In this document: positions 20,580 through 32,436 of the stretch, one piece after another
Numbering within the stretch: the first letter of the stretch is position 1
Layout of the letters: each line of letters starts with the position of its first letter
NCBI GenBank assembly: GCA_963703205.1
Contig: OY969799.1
Location: 2,228,032-2,292,031 of the forward strand
Direction of reading: 5' to 3'
DNA from: an uncultured Solirubrobacteraceae bacterium
GTDB taxonomy: Bacteria; Actinomycetota; Thermoleophilia; Solirubrobacterales; Solirubrobacteraceae
DNA length: 64,000 bases
Program-made: the position numbers and the translations under genes
Notes under the pieces: model-generated
Databases searched by the model: none
Seen by the model: the letters and a program-made list of their open reading frames with translations, nothing else
What the model was told of the DNA's origin: nothing

Positions 20580-21699
20580 TGCCTGAGTGCCCCCTGCGCA
20601 CCCGTCCGACATAGACGTTCGCGGTCATCGCGACGATGATCGCAAGGCCCGTGTAGAGCAGCTTGTAGTTCGCGTTGACGCCCTGGAGGATCAGCCCGTC
20701 CTGCAGGATCCCGAGGAACAGCGCGCCGATGAAAGCGCCGACGACGGTGCCCGAGCCGCCCGAGAGCAGCGTGCCGCCGATCACCGCCCCGGCGATCGCG
20801 ATCAGCAGCAGTTCGTTCGGGCCCGAGGGATCGGGCTGGATCGTTTCCGAGCGGATCGCCTCGAAGATCCCCACGAGCCCCGCCAGCGTCGCGGCCAGCA
20901 TGAAGTTCCTGATGATCACGAGCTTCGTGTTCACCCCGGCCTCGCTCGCGCCGAGCTTGTTCGAGCCGATCGCCACCGTGTACAGGCCCCAGCGGGAGAA
21001 CGTCAGCACCGTCTGCAACACGACGACGATCGCGACCGCCCAGATCAGCTCGGAGTAGACGCCGCCACCGAAGATTTTCGCGAACGTGCCTATGTGGTTG
21101 ACTTTTTCCGGCAGCGTGATGCTGTGTCCGTTGACGGTGTGATGGACCATCACCGTGGTGGCATGCCGTTGCGCGCCGGGGGTGGCGACGGGCGTGCCGT
21201 GGGAGAGCACGAGGCTGAGACCCTCGAAGGTGAAGAGCATCCCGAGCGTCGTCACGAACGAGCTCACGCCGATCAGGGCCACGAAGGCGCCGTTGATCAC
21301 GCCGACCGCCGTGCAGACGAGCACCGCGAGGATCAAGGACACGACCAGCCCGAGCCCGGCCGTGTCGAACTTGTAGAAGACGATCGGCGCGAACATGTAC
21401 ATGCCGCCGATCGACAGGTCGATCTCGCCGAGGACCATCACGAACACCTGACCGGCGCCGAGGATCGCCAGCGGCGCGAAGTACGGCAGCAGCGTCTTGA
21501 GGTTGGTCCCCGTGAAGAACGTGCTCGTGTTCGCGGAGAAGTAGATCGCCACGACGACCGTGACGACGATGATCGAGCCCTCGCGCAGCGAGATCAGCCG
21601 CTCGAGCACCTGACGCCCGAGCGGCTGGGCCCGGCTCTCCTGCGCCGGGCCCGGAGCTCCGCTCGGGCCGGAGGTGGATGCGTGCGTCGCGCTTGCCAC
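20572..21699 (-). CDS. sugar ABC transporter permease (RbsC-like)
   Basis: GEIDLSIG, SFVTTLG, IAGAVIGGT.L.GG.G. Confidence 0.92.
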
Positions 21700-21724
21700 G
21701 ATCCGCTGCGCGTTGCCTCGTGTC

Positions 21725-22804
21725 CTAGCTCACCACAGTGACGGTCGAGGAGGTGCCCTCGTAGCGCGTCTTCGACTTCAGGTAGGGCTGGACGCTTTCC
21801 TTGTCCAGGAACTTCAGGCCGGTATCGACTTCCGAGGGCCCCGTCAGCGTCCCCGAGACCTTGTAGAGGAAGAGCTGCAGCACCGGCAGGAAGCCCTGCA
21901 GGTACGGCTGCTGGTCGATCGTGAATTCGATGTAGCCTTCGGAGAGCAGCTTCTGGGTCTGTTCGGTGAGGTCGAAGCCGCCCGCGTGGACCTTCCCCTG
22001 GAGGCCGAGTTTCTGCATCACTTTCGCGAGCGATTCGGTCGAGCCGCCGTCCACCGCGTACATGCCCTTGGCTTCTTTGTGGCTCTGATACCACGCTTCG
22101 ATCGCCGGCTGCTCTTGGGCGACGGCGGCGCCGGTCGCAACGGCGTGAGCGGTGATGCCGCTGCCGGCGAGCGCCTTTTCCGCGCCTTCGATGCGCGGCT
22201 GGAGGTTCGCGGAGCCCGGCGTGGCGATGAACAGGCCGACTTCGCCGGTGCCCACCGCTTCCTTGATCCGCTTGCCCATTTCTTCGCCGGCCTTTTTGAG
22301 GTCCTGGCCGACATAGGAGAGGCGCGCGTTGCCCGGCGCGTCCGCGTTGTAGGCGACGACCGGGATGCCGGCCTTGATCGCGGCTTCGACGGGTGCGTTG
22401 AAGGCGTGCAGGTCGATCAGCGCCACGGCGATCCCGTCCGCCCCGCTGGTGACGGCGGTGTTGATCGCGTTGACCATCTGGCTGACGTTGCTGTTTTCCG
22501 AGCCGGTCCACTGATAGGAGCAGCCGAGCAGTTTGCTGGCGTCGGCGGCGCCATATTGGGTGGGAGTGAAGAAGGGGTTCGTCGTGACGTGGTTGACGAA
22601 CACGAACTTGTAGCTCTTGTGTTTGCCGAAGACGCTTTCCGAGCCGCCGCTGCCACTAGACGCGCTGGAGCCGCACGCGCTGAGGAGCGTTCCCACCGAT
22701 CCCGCGGCTACCCCGGTCAGCGCCGTACGGCGCAGGAACGACCGGCGGTCGAAGCCCGGAGAGCTCGTCTCCGCCTCGAGGTCGAGAACCTGATCTTCGG
22801 ACAT
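21725..22804 (-). CDS. sugar ABC substrate-binding lipoprotein (Tat signal)
   Basis: DRRSFL Tat motif, LSAC lipobox, NPFF, IDQQPYLQG. Confidence 0.92.
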   Translation of the reverse strand: MSEDQVLDLEAETSSPGFDRRSFLRRTALTGVAAGSVGTLLSACGSSASSGSGGSESVFGKHKSYKFVFVNHVTTNPFFTPTQYGAADASKLLGCSYQWTGSENSNVSQMVNAINTAVTSGADGIAVALIDLHAFNAPVEAAIKAGIPVVAYNADAPGNARLSYVGQDLKKAGEEMGKRIKEAVGTGEVGLFIATPGSANLQPRIEGAEKALAGSGITAHAVATGAAVAQEQPAIEAWYQSHKEAKGMYAVDGGSTESLAKVMQKLGLQGKVHAGGFDLTEQTQKLLSEGYIEFTIDQQPYLQGFLPVLQLFLYKVSGTLTGPSEVDTGLKFLDKESVQPYLKSKTRYEGTSSTVTVVS

Positions 22805-23020
22805 CGCTCTCCTCCAGTTCGACTTGCTCCCGGCACGCGGCCGGCTTGCAGGGTTCACACTAGTGCTTTCGTTCGCCGCGAGCATGGGAAGACCTCGTGC
22901 CCGGAATGCGAAGAACTGATACCTCCCGCGTGCGGTGCGGCCGACGGTGGCCGGGGGACGATCCCACCCGGCCCGCGGTCCTCTCCCTGCGCCGGCTCGG
23001 TGCTGCGCACGATGCTCGCT

Positions 23021-23046
23021 ATACCCTCGGGTCATGGACGAGAAAC
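23021..23046 (-). promoter_or_regulatory. SigB/SigF-type promoter motif upstream of sugar ABC operon
   Basis: GTTT-N16-GGGTAT on minus strand; overlaps start of divergent small ORF. Confidence 0.4.
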
Positions 23047-23207
23047 CGGCGCCTGCCGTGCCGCACGGCGACCCCGCCGACGCGCCCGGCGGGGAGTCCG
23101 TCGGCGCTGAGCAGCGCGAGCGCTGCGGGCCGCTGCAGCTGCAGCGGCTGCGCAAAGACGACGGCCGCGCGCTGATCGTCTACAGGCGAGCGGGCGAGGA
23201 GCCGTGA
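23034..23207 (+). CDS. small hypothetical protein upstream of galT
   Basis: MDEKPAP...ERCGPLQLQRLRKDDGRALIVY; 57 aa. Confidence 0.6.
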   Translation: MDEKPAPAVPHGDPADAPGGESVGAEQRERCGPLQLQRLRKDDGRALIVYRRAGEEP

Positions 23208-23217
23208 CGCGGGGGCG

Positions 23218-24155
23218 ATGAGCGAGCTGCGCTTCAACGAGCTGCGCGGCGAGGAGGTCGCCTACGCGATCCACCGGCAGGACCGCACCTTCCTGCCCGA
23301 TCGGGCGCACTGCCCGCTGGACCCGACGCGGCCCGGCGCACCCGCCACGGAGATACCGCTGGAGAGCTTCGAGGTCGTGGTCTTCGACAACCGCTTCCCC
23401 GCCTTCGAGGCGCCGGGGGGCGCCGCCGAGGTGGTGGTCTACACCGACGACCACGACGCCTCGCTCGCCTCGCTGCCGCTCGCGCGCGTCGAGGAGCTGA
23501 TGTGGGTCTGGCGCCACCGCTACCGCGAGCTGGGCGAGCGCGAGGACGTCGAGTACGTGTACATCTTCGAGAACCGCGGCGTCGAGGTCGGCGTCACGCT
23601 GCACCACCCGCACGGGCAGATCTACGGCTACCCGTTCCTGCCGCCGGTTCCCGCGCGCGAGCTCGCGGCGGACGCACGCCTCGGCGGCTGCGCGCCCTGC
23701 GCGCTGCTCGAGCGCGAGCGGGCCGACGGCGCGCGCGTGCTGTTCGAGAACGAGGCGGTCAGCGCGTTCGTGCCCGCACGCCGCGCGCTGGCCGTACGAA
23801 GCCCATCTCGTGATGCGCCGCCACCGCCCTTCGCTGCTCGAGTGCGAGCCCGGCGAGCTGCGACTGCTCGCCGAGGCGCTGCTCAGACTCGTGCGCGGAT
23901 ACGACGCGCTGTTCTCGCGCCCGATGCCCTACGTGATGGCTGTCCACCAGGCGGCCGACCGGGGCGGCATTCGCGGCGCCGGCCGCGGGCGAGGCGGGCG
24001 GGCACCTCCACCTCGAGTTCTACCCGCCGCTGCGCACCGCTGAGAAGCTGAAGTACCTCGCCGGCTCCGAGCAGGGCGCGGGCACGTTCATCGGCGACGT
24101 GCTGCCGGAGGAGGCCGCTGCGAGCCTGCGCGCGGCGGTCGAGCGTGCAGCCTAG
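23218..24155 (+). CDS. galT: galactose-1-phosphate uridylyltransferase (apparent frameshifts)
   Basis: [37 protein letters not shown] in shifted frames. Confidence 0.88.
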
Positions 24156-25227
24156 GCGCTGCAGCGCGTTCGCTCCCGGCCGCGTCAACGTGATCGGCGA
24201 GCACACCGACTACAACGAGGGGCTCGCGCTGCCGTTCGCGATCGGCGAGGGCGTGACGGTCCGCGCCGAGCAGCTCCCCGCGCTGCAGCCGGCCTCGATC
24301 GAGGCGTTCGCAGCGGACCTCGGCGAGCAGCGACGGCTTCGCGATCGGCGAGACGCAGCCGGCCGGACGCCCCGCGGGCTGGCGCGCGTACGTGCGCGGC
24401 GCGGTCGCCGAGCTGCGGCGCGGCCGGCGTGCCGCTGCCTGCCGCCCGGCTTCAGATCAGCGGCACGTGCCCCGCGGCGCCGGCCTGTCGTCCTCGGCGG
24501 CACTGACCGTCGCGCTGTGCCTGGCGCTGCGCGAGCTGGCCGTGCCGGGGCATCAGGCCGCGCGCACGGGCGCCGCGCGCATCGAGCTGGCGCGCCTGTG
24601 CTCGCGGGTCGAGAACGAGTGGGCCGGTGCCCGCACGGGACTGCTCGACCAGCTCGCGAGCCTGTTCGGCGCCGCCGAGCGAGGCGGTGCTGATCGACTT
24701 CCGCGGACCGGAGGTCTCGCCGGTGCAGCTCGCGCTCGGCGGCTGGCGGTTCGCAGTCGCCGACTCCGGGCGAGCGCCACGCCCATGCCGAGCTCGGGAT
24801 ACAACGAGCGCCGCCGCGAATGCGCCGAGGCCTGCGAGCGGCTCGGGCGTCGCGTCGCTGCGCGACGCCCAGCTCGGAGGATCTCGCGCGTGCTTCCCGC
24901 GCCGCTCGCGCGGCGCGCCCGCCACGTGATCGAGGAGAACGCGCGGGTGCGGGAGGCGGTCGGCCGCGCTGGCAGCGCACGACATGGCCGCGCTCGGCGC
25001 CCTGCTGGACGCCTCGCACGCGAGCCTGCGCGACCTGTACCAGGTCTCCACGCCGGCGGTCGAGGCGACCGTCGAGCGGCTGCGGCGCGCCGGCGCTGCC
25101 GGCGCGCGGCTGATCGGCGGCGGCTTCGGCGGCTCGGTGCTCGGCGCTGCTCGAGCCGGTGCACGCCGCTGCCGCAGGGGGCGATCGAGGTCGTGCCGGG
25201 AGCGGCGGCGCGCACGTCGTCGTCTAG
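24145..25227 (+). CDS. galK: galactokinase (apparent frameshifts)
   Basis: [51 protein letters not shown] across frames. Confidence 0.88.
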
Positions 25228-25288
25228 GCGCCACGAGCCGAGCAGGAGGACGCGTGCCGGAGTCGACCACTCGCCGCGATGCGGTCCG

Positions 25289-26323
25289 GTGATCCTGATC
25301 ACGGGCGCCTCGAGCGGCATCGGCGAGGCGACGCGCGCGGCGCCTCGCGCGGGAGCCCGGCGCGAAGCTCGTGCTGCTCGCCCGCCGCGCCGAGCGCCTC
25401 GAGCGCGCTCGTCGCCGAGCTCGGCGCCGGCGCGTGCCGAGCGCGCTCGCCGTCGACCTGCTCGACGAGCAGGCGCCCGCGGCGGGTGCGCGAGCACGTC
25501 GAGTCGCGAGCACGGCCGCCTCGACCTGCTCGTCAACAACGCGGGCGCGGCCTGGCGCGCGCGCTTCGCCGACGGCGGCTGGGAGAACGTGCGACGCACG
25601 ATGGCGATCAACTTCGACGCGCAGGTGCGCCTCACCGAGGCGCTGCTGCCGCTGCTGCGCGCGAGCGCCCCCGCGGCGATCGTCAACGTCTCCTCGACCG
25701 CGGGCCGGGTCGCGCGGGCGGGCAGCGGCGCCTACAGCGCCTCGAAGTTCGCGCTCGCGGGCTGGTCGGATTCGCTGTGGGCGGAGGAGCGCGAGCACGG
25801 CGTCCACGTCGGGCTGGTGCTGCCGGGCTTCATCGCCACGGAGGGCTTCCCGCAGTCGGAGCTGATGGCGCGCGGCGCTCACGCGGCGCATGGTCTCGAC
25901 ACCGGAGCGCGCGGCGGAGGCGATCTACGAAGCCGGGCTCGGCCGGCCGCCCGGAGCGCTACGTGCCGCGCCCCTACGGGATCGCGGCCGCGCTGCGCGT
26001 GCTGGCGCCCGGGCCTCTACCGGCGGATCATCGGCGGCGGCGCCGCGCAGGTGATGACGACGACGACCGGAGCGGACCTCGCCGAGCGCGCGGGCGGCCG
26101 CGGGCGCCGCTCGAGATCCCGCTCCGGCCACGGACGGGGCGCCCGGCCCGGCGGCGGCGGAGGGCGCGCAGCAGGGCTCACCGGCCGCGGCGGCGCCGAC
26201 GGCGACGGCGACGGGCGCACAGGTGGGCGCGCCGCCCGCGGCCGACGCGACGGGCGCACAGGATGGCGCGCCGCCACCGCCGACGGCGGGCGGCCGAGCG
26301 CCGCACCCGCCGGCTACGGGTAG
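25289..26323 (+). CDS. SDR-family oxidoreductase (apparent frameshifts)
   Basis: ITGASSGIG, LVNNAG, YSASK; 3' end uncertain. Confidence 0.8.
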   Translation: MILITGASSGIGEATRAAPRAGARREARAARPPRRAPRARSSPSSAPARAERARRRPARRAGARGGCASTSSREHGRLDLLVNNAGAAWRARFADGGWENVRRTMAINFDAQVRLTEALLPLLRASAPAAIVNVSSTAGRVARAGSGAYSASKFALAGWSDSLWAEEREHGVHVGLVLPGFIATEGFPQSELMARGAHAAHGLDTGARGGGDLRSRARPAARSATCRAPTGSRPRCACWRPGLYRRIIGGGAAQVMTTTTGADLAERAGGRGRRSRSRSGHGRGARPGGGGGRAAGLTGRGGADGDGDGRTGGRAARGRRDGRTGWRAATADGGRPSAAPAGYG

Positions 26324-27250
26324 CGCTCGAGCTGAGCTCCGGCCGGTTCCTCGTCAGCGGCGCCACGGGCTTCATCGGCGGCCGCCTCGCCGCCGAGCTG
26401 CTGCATGCAGGCGCAGCCGTGCGCGCGCTCGTGCGCGACCCGTCGAGGGCCGAGCACCTTCGGCGTGCCGGAGCCGAGGTCGTTCGGGGCGACGTCGAAC
26501 GACCCGGCGAGCCTCGAGTCGGCCTTCGGCGCAGGTCGAGGTGGCCTACTACCTCGTGCACGCGATGGCCGGCGGCGTCGGGGTTCGAGCGGCGCGAGCG
26601 CGAGGGCGCCGTCAACTTCGCGCGGGCTGCGCGGCGACGCCGGAGTCGAGCGGATCGTCTACCTCGGCGGCCTCGGCGAGGAGCCGGTCTCCGAGCACCT
26701 GCGCAGCCGCCACGAGACGGCGCTGACGCTCGCCGCGGAGGGGCCGCCGCTGACCTACTTCCGCGCGGCGATGGTGGTCGGCGCGGGTAGCGAGTCCTAC
26801 CGGACACTCAGCTACCTCGTGCGGCGGCTGCCGGTGATGATCGCGCCGAGCTGGCTGCGCACGCCGACGCAGCCGATCGGGATCGACGACGTCGTCGCGT
26901 ACCTGGCGCGCGCGCCGGAGCGTCGGCGGCCTCGAGCGGACGCGAGGTGCAGATCGGCGGTCCCGACGTGCTCGCCTACGGCGAGATGCTCGACCGCATG
27001 GCGCGGGCGCTCGGGATGCGCCCGCGTCCGAAGATCCCGGTGCCGCTGATCACGCCGTGGCTGTCGGCGCTGTGGCTCGGCCTCGTGACGCCCGTCGACA
27101 CGAACGTGGCGCGACCGCTCGTCGAGGGCCTGCGCACGGCGACCGTCGTGTCCGACCCCTCCGGCGCTGAGCCGTTCGGGATCGAGCCGATGCCGTTCGA
27201 CGAGACGTTGCGCCGCGCGCTCGAGGAGGAGCGCGGCGGGCGGCGGGTAG
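26320..27250 (+). CDS. NAD(P)-binding NmrA/epimerase-like protein (apparent frameshifts)
   Basis: VSGATGFIGG, YYLVH, RIVYLGGL, HLRSRHE, QPIGIDDV; boundaries approximate. Confidence 0.8.
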
Positions 27251-27260
27251 AGGAGGGTCG

Positions 27261-28641
27261 ATGGCCGGCGCCGGCGTCGATGCTGTTCACCTGCGACCTG
27301 CGCGTCCGCGACAACGCGGCGCTCGCGGCCGCGGCGCAGCGAATGCGAGCGGGTGGTGGCGCTGTTCGTGCTCGACGAGGAGCTGCTCGGCGGCACCTGC
27401 GGCAGCGCCAACCGCATGGCGTTCCTGCTCGACTGCGCTCCGCGACCTCGACGGGTCGCTGCGTGCACGCGGCGGCGGGCTGCTGGTGCGAAGCGGCGAC
27501 GTGCGTCGAGCAGGCGCTGCGCGTCGCCGAAGCGCTACGGGGCCGACTCGATCGACCTGAGCGCCGACGTCACGCCATACGCGGTGAGGCGGCGCGAGCG
27601 CCTCGCGCGCGGCCTGCGCGCGGGAGCGCATCGAGCTGCGCGAGCATCCCGGGGCCTCGGTCGTGGCCCCGGGCGAGCTGGCGCCGGCCGGCGGCGGGCA
27701 CTACCGCGTGTTCACCCCCTACTGGCGGGCGTGGAGCGCGCGCGGCGTCCCCGCCGCGGTCGCCGGCGCCGCGGCGGCTGCCCGCACCGGCCGGGCCGGC
27801 CGCGCTGCGGCTGCCCGTCCCTCGCGTCGCTGTCGCGGCGGCGCGCCCTCGGCGCGGCTCGCAGAGGGCGGCGAGGCGGCCGGCGCGCGAGCGCCTGCGC
27901 CGCTGGCTCGCGGACGGGCTGGGCGAGTACGGATCGGCGGAACGACGACCTGGCGCGCGAGCGCGACCTCGCGGCTGAGCGCGTACCTGCACTTCGGCTG
28001 CCTCGCACCGCGCACCGTGCTCGAGCGCGCGCGCGGGCGCAGCCGGCACCGAGGCGTTCGCCCGCCAGCTCTGCTGGCGCGACTTCCACCGCCAGGTGCT
28101 AGCCGACGCGTCCGGACATGGCTCGCGCCGACTACCGCCCCCGCGGCGACCGCTGGCGTCGCTCCGAGCGCGGACCTGGATGCGTGGCGCGAGGGCCGCA
28201 CCGGCTACCCGATCGTCGACGCGGGGATGCGCCAGCTGGCCGAGCGAGGGCTACATGCACAACCGCGCGCGGCTGATCGTCGGCTCGTTCCTGACGAAGA
28301 CGCTGTACATCGACTGGCGCCGCGGAGCGGCGCACTTCGCCTCGCTGCTGCAGGACGCCGACGTCGCGAACAACGTCGGCAACTGGCAGTGGGTGGCGGG
28401 GACCGGGAACGACACGCGTCCGAACCGCGTGCTGAACCCGCTGCGCCAGGCGCAGCGGTTCGATCCGGACGGCGAGTACGTGCGCCGCCACGTGCCGGAG
28501 CTGGCGGGCGTCGCGCGGCCGCGCCGTGCACGAGCCGTGGCGGCTGCCCGCGGCCGAGCGACGTGCTGCTCGGCTACCCCGCGCCGATCGTCGACCACGA
28601 GGCGGCCGCGCGCGAGCTGCGCGCAGCGGCGCTCGCGATGA
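27261..28641 (+). CDS. phr: deoxyribodipyrimidine photolyase (apparent frameshifts)
   Basis: DLRVRDNAAL, YRVFTPY, TSRLSAYLHFG, GRTGYPIVDAGMRQL, GYMHNRAR, GNWQW, FDPDGEYVR. Confidence 0.88.
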
Positions 28642-28859
28642 GCGAGCGACGGTCACGATCCGCGGCGGCACGATCCGCCTCGGCCAGCTGCTGAAGCTGG
28701 CGGGCGTCCTCGACAGCGGCGGCGAGGCGCGCGAGCTGCTCGGCGCGGGCGCCGTGCTGGTCAACGGCGAGACGCGAGACCCGGCGCGGACGCCAGCTGC
28801 ACCCCGGCGACGAGGTCGCCGTGGGCGAGCGGCAGCTGCGCGTCACCGCCGGGGACTAG
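28638..28859 (+). CDS. S4-domain RNA-binding protein (YaaA-like; apparent frameshifts)
   Basis: IRLGQLLKLAG..SGGEA...VLVNGE...RRGRQLHPGD. Confidence 0.85.
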
Positions 28860-29551
28860 CTCAGTTCCGCGACGATCACCGGCCGGGTCGTGGGCACGGT
28901 GCTGCCGCCCTGCGGCTCGGCGGTGACCATCACGACGCGCACGCCCTGCACCGACCCGGGCACTGCAACCGTCGCGCTTCCGGTCCTGCTGACCGTGAAC
29001 AGGGCGTCGGTGGGTTCGGCCGCCCCGCTGCGTTTCACCCACACCTGATAGACGCGGTCCGGCGCGGTGCGGCGCATGCCCGCGATCTGCAAGGTGGCGT
29101 GCCCGGAGCTGATGTGCAGCATCGCCCGCGCGCCGGCGACGGCCTGTGCGCGGATCGTGCGCGTCGGCGCGGTGCCGGATCCACCCAGCAGGATCACCGT
29201 GATCAGGACCGCGGCGGCTGTCGTTGCGAGGCTGCCGAGCGTCCAGTTCCAGGGCATGCGCGCGGCGCGACGCGACACCCCCGCCGGCCGCCGTCCCGCC
29301 GTTCGCAGCTCCGCCTCGCTGTGAACCGTCGCCATCACGCGGCCGCGCAGGGCGGCGGGCGCCGCGAGCTGCGGCACCGCGGCGGGCAGCGTTCCCGCCA
29401 CGTGCTCGAGCGAGGCCGCCTCCTCCCGGCAGACGTGGCAGCCGAGCAGGTGCTCACGGAAGTCCGCGAGCTCCTGCTCGGTGAGAGCCCCCAGCACGTA
29501 GGGGCCGAGATCCGCGCTGCGCGGGCAGGGCTCGACGCCGTGAGCGCTCAT
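28856..29551 (-). CDS. anti-sigma factor (ZAS HxxxCxxC, RskA-like C-terminus)
   Basis: YVLGAL, HLLGCHVC, TM, RVYQVW, VTAEPQGGS..PT. Confidence 0.88.
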   Translation of the reverse strand: MSAHGVEPCPRSADLGPYVLGALTEQELADFREHLLGCHVCREEAASLEHVAGTLPAAVPQLAAPAALRGRVMATVHSEAELRTAGRRPAGVSRRAARMPWNWTLGSLATTAAAVLITVILLGGSGTAPTRTIRAQAVAGARAMLHISSGHATLQIAGMRRTAPDRVYQVWVKRSGAAEPTDALFTVSRTGSATVAVPGSVQGVRVVMVTAEPQGGSTVPTTRPVIVAELS

Positions 29552-30165
29552 CGCGTCGCCTCCGCCGTGTCGCCGAGCGCGGCGCGCATCTTCTGCAGGC
29601 CGAGCCGCATCCTGCCCTTGACCGTGCCGAGCGGCGTGTCGAGCGTGCTCGCGATCTCGTGATGGCTGAGGCCCGCGAAGTACGCGAGTTCGATCACGCG
29701 GCTCTGCTCGGCCGGAAGCTGCTGGAGCGCGTCGCGGATCTCGCGCGCCTCGTCGCGTCGCGCGAACTCGAGCTCGGTGCGCTCGCTCGCCGGCAACCGC
29801 TCCTCGATGCCCTCCTCGTCGACGATCCCTCGCTCTCGGACCGACTTGCGCCGCAGCGCGTCGATCGCGCGGTTGTGGACGATCCCCAACGTCCAGGTGC
29901 GGACGCTGCCGCGGTTGCGGTCATAACGCGCCCCGCTGCGCCAGAGCGAGAGGAAAGCCTCCTGGACGATGTCCTCGGCGAGCGAGCGCTGCCTGCACAT
30001 TCGCATCGCCAGCGAGAAGGCGGCGTCGACGTGCCGGTCGTAGACGACCTCGAAGGCGTCGGCGTTGCCGCGGTAGACGAGCTGCATCAGCTCCTCGTCG
30101 GCGAGCACCCGAAGGCGCTGGCCGTCTGAGCGCTCACCGCGCGTTGATCGCAGAGGGTTGAACAT
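29548..30165 (-). CDS. ECF RNA polymerase sigma factor (SigK-like)
   Basis: AEDIVQEAFLSLW, HNRAID, LAYFAGLSHHEIA...PLGTVKGRMR. Confidence 0.92.
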   Translation of the reverse strand: MFNPLRSTRGERSDGQRLRVLADEELMQLVYRGNADAFEVVYDRHVDAAFSLAMRMCRQRSLAEDIVQEAFLSLWRSGARYDRNRGSVRTWTLGIVHNRAIDALRRKSVRERGIVDEEGIEERLPASERTELEFARRDEAREIRDALQQLPAEQSRVIELAYFAGLSHHEIASTLDTPLGTVKGRMRLGLQKMRAALGDTAEATR

Positions 30166-30177
30166 GGCGGTCCGTCG

Positions 30178-30432
30178 TCAGGGGTGCTGCACTCGCTCCG
30201 GGCTGCGGACGGTCTGGTGAGCGGCCGCGGCCCCGGCTTCCAACACAGCATCCTCGCGCACCGCGGCGCCGGCCGGCGGCTCCGCCACAGCGGTGGAGAA
30301 GTCGGGGTTCAGCGCCTCCTTGAAACCGCGCATACCCGTGCCGAGCGAGCGCCCCATCTCGGGGAGCCGCTTCGCCCCGAACACCAGCAGGGCGACGACC
30401 AGCAGGAACGCGATGTGAAGCGGGTTGTCCAT
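30178..30432 (-). CDS. tatA: Tat translocase TatA/TatE subunit
   Basis: LVVALLVFGAKRLPEMGRSLGTGMRGFK. Confidence 0.88.
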   Translation of the reverse strand: MDNPLHIAFLLVVALLVFGAKRLPEMGRSLGTGMRGFKEALNPDFSTAVAEPPAGAAVREDAVLEAGAAAAHQTVRSPERVQHP

Positions 30433-30600
30433 CTCGAGTGTGCCCTTCCTTTCCCTTTCTTGTCCCTGTCCGTGCTGCGCGGCCGCCCGCCCGGGTCTGG
30501 CGAGGGCGAGCCGGACCTGGGTCCGCGTGCTGGTCACGGCTCGCCTTGGCGCGGCGGTCTCAGCAGTCCTCTACGCCCAGGTCGCGAGTTCGGATCATTC

Positions 30601-30694
30601 GCGACTCTCGGCGCCCTCGCGACGCTCAGGCGCCGGCGCCCAGCGGTCGCGACTCTCGGCGCCCTCGCGACGCTCAGGCGCCGGCGCCCAGCGG
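30601..30694. repeat. 48-bp tandem duplication including the GNAT stop codon
   Basis: gcgactctcggcgccctcgcgacgctcaggcgccggcgcccagcgg at 30601 and 30649. Confidence 0.9.
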
Positions 30695-31289
30695 CTCTCG
30701 CCACATCCGCCACATCGACGGCCCGCGCAGGAGCCTGACCTCGTCGGTCACGCGGAAGCCGTGGCGCGAGTAGTAGGCGATGTTGCTCTCCTTCGAGGAC
30801 TCGAGGAAGGCGCCGACGCCGTCCCGGTCGCACTGCTCGAGCACGCCGTGCAGCACCGCGGAGCCGATCCCCCTCCCCTGCGAAGGGGGATCGGTGCCGA
30901 GCACCGCCAGGTAGTAGTGCGGCGGGCGGCGAGGGTGCCCGCGCTCGAGTTTTTCCCAGCCGAGCGCGACGAGCGGCATCCGCGCGAACAGCCTCGGGGT
31001 CGCAGAAGCACGGCACCAGCTCGGCCGTTTCGCGCAACGTCGAGTGCCAGTGCCCGGGCGGCGCCCACAGCGCGGCGCAGGAGAGGTCCTCGCTGCACCA
31101 CACCTCCTCGTGGCGGAGCAGCTGGCGCAGGCGCGTCGCCTGGAAGCGCTCGAGCGCACCCAGCCGCAGGCTCTCGGGCCGCCACGCCCAGCTCGCCACC
31201 GGGTCGTCGTAGAACGCGCGTGCGAGCGTCCGGGCCAGCTCCGGGATGTCCTGCGCGCGCGCGCGACGTATCGGGTGCTGCTCGAGCAC
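30674..31289 (-). CDS. GNAT N-acetyltransferase (one apparent frameshift)
   Basis: [42 protein letters not shown]. Confidence 0.85.
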
Positions 31290-31316
31290 GCGACCGACGA
31301 TATTCGACCGTCGCGC

Positions 31317-32344
31317 TCAGCCCGCGGCTCGCGGCGAGACGGCGAGCTCCGCGGCCAGCAGCTCGTAGCTGCGCCGGCGCGCCTCGTGGTCGTAGAGGAT
31401 GTTGACGACGATCGCCTCCTCGGCGCCGTACTCCTCGACCACGCCGAGCAGCTGCTCGTGTACCTGCGCGGGGGTTCCGAGCAGCGCGCGCCGCCCGCCG
31501 CGCGGCCCCTCCGCCGGAGCCTGCGCCGCGAGGAAGCGCTCCGCCCGCTCGGGCGGCGGCACCGCGATCAGCCTGCCCTGCCGCAGCAGCGTGAAGGCCA
31601 TGCGCCCGCTGCTGCCGAGCCGGCGCGCCTGCTCCTCGGTCTCGGCGCAGATCGCCCACACGGCTACGGCCACGCGGGGCGAGCCGGCGTGTTCGTGCTC
31701 GGCGAAGCGTTCCCGGTAGAGGCGCGCGGCGGCGTGCGCCCTTCGAGTTGATGAAGTCCGCGAACGCGTACGGCAGCGCGAGCCCGGCGGCCCACACGGC
31801 GCTCTGTTCGGAGGACCCGAGCAGCCATGGCTCCGGCCGCTCCGGGCGTCCCGGCAGCGTCTCGGCCAGCCGCGCGAAGGGGTGGTCCGCGGGCAGCGTC
31901 CCGTCGAGGTAGCCGAGCAGCTCCGAGAGCTGCTGTGGGAAGTCGTCCGGCGCGGCCGCGCGGCGGTCGCGCTGCAGCGCGAAGGTCGTCATCGGATCGG
32001 TGCCGGCCGCGCGTCCGAGCCCGAGGTCGATGCGCCCCGGGAAAGATCCCGGCGAGCAGGCTGAAGGTCTCGGCGACCTTGAAGGGGCTGTAGTGCGGGA
32101 GCATCACGCCGCCGCTGCCGACGCGGATCCGCTCCGTGGCGGCGGCGATCGGCCCGATCAGCGCCTCCGGGCTGGGCCCGGCGAGCATCGGCCCGCCGTG
32201 GTGCTCGGCGAGCCAGTAGCGGTGGTAGCCGAGCCGGTCGGCGAGCTGCGCGAGGTCGATCGTGTTCTGCAGCGCCTGCGCGCCGCTCGCGCCCTCCGGC
32301 ACCGGCGACTGGTCGAGGATCGAAAGGCGCAGAGGATCGCTCAC
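31317..32344 (-). CDS. LLM-class flavin-dependent oxidoreductase (apparent frameshifts)
   Basis: [41 protein letters not shown]. Confidence 0.88.
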
Positions 32345-32436
32345 GGTGCGCTCCAGGGTAGGGCGCGCCGGCGGCGCGCACGGCGTCGGACGGTCGGGTC
32401 AGCTAGATTTCCCTACGGGAGCGAGGTCGAGGAGAG

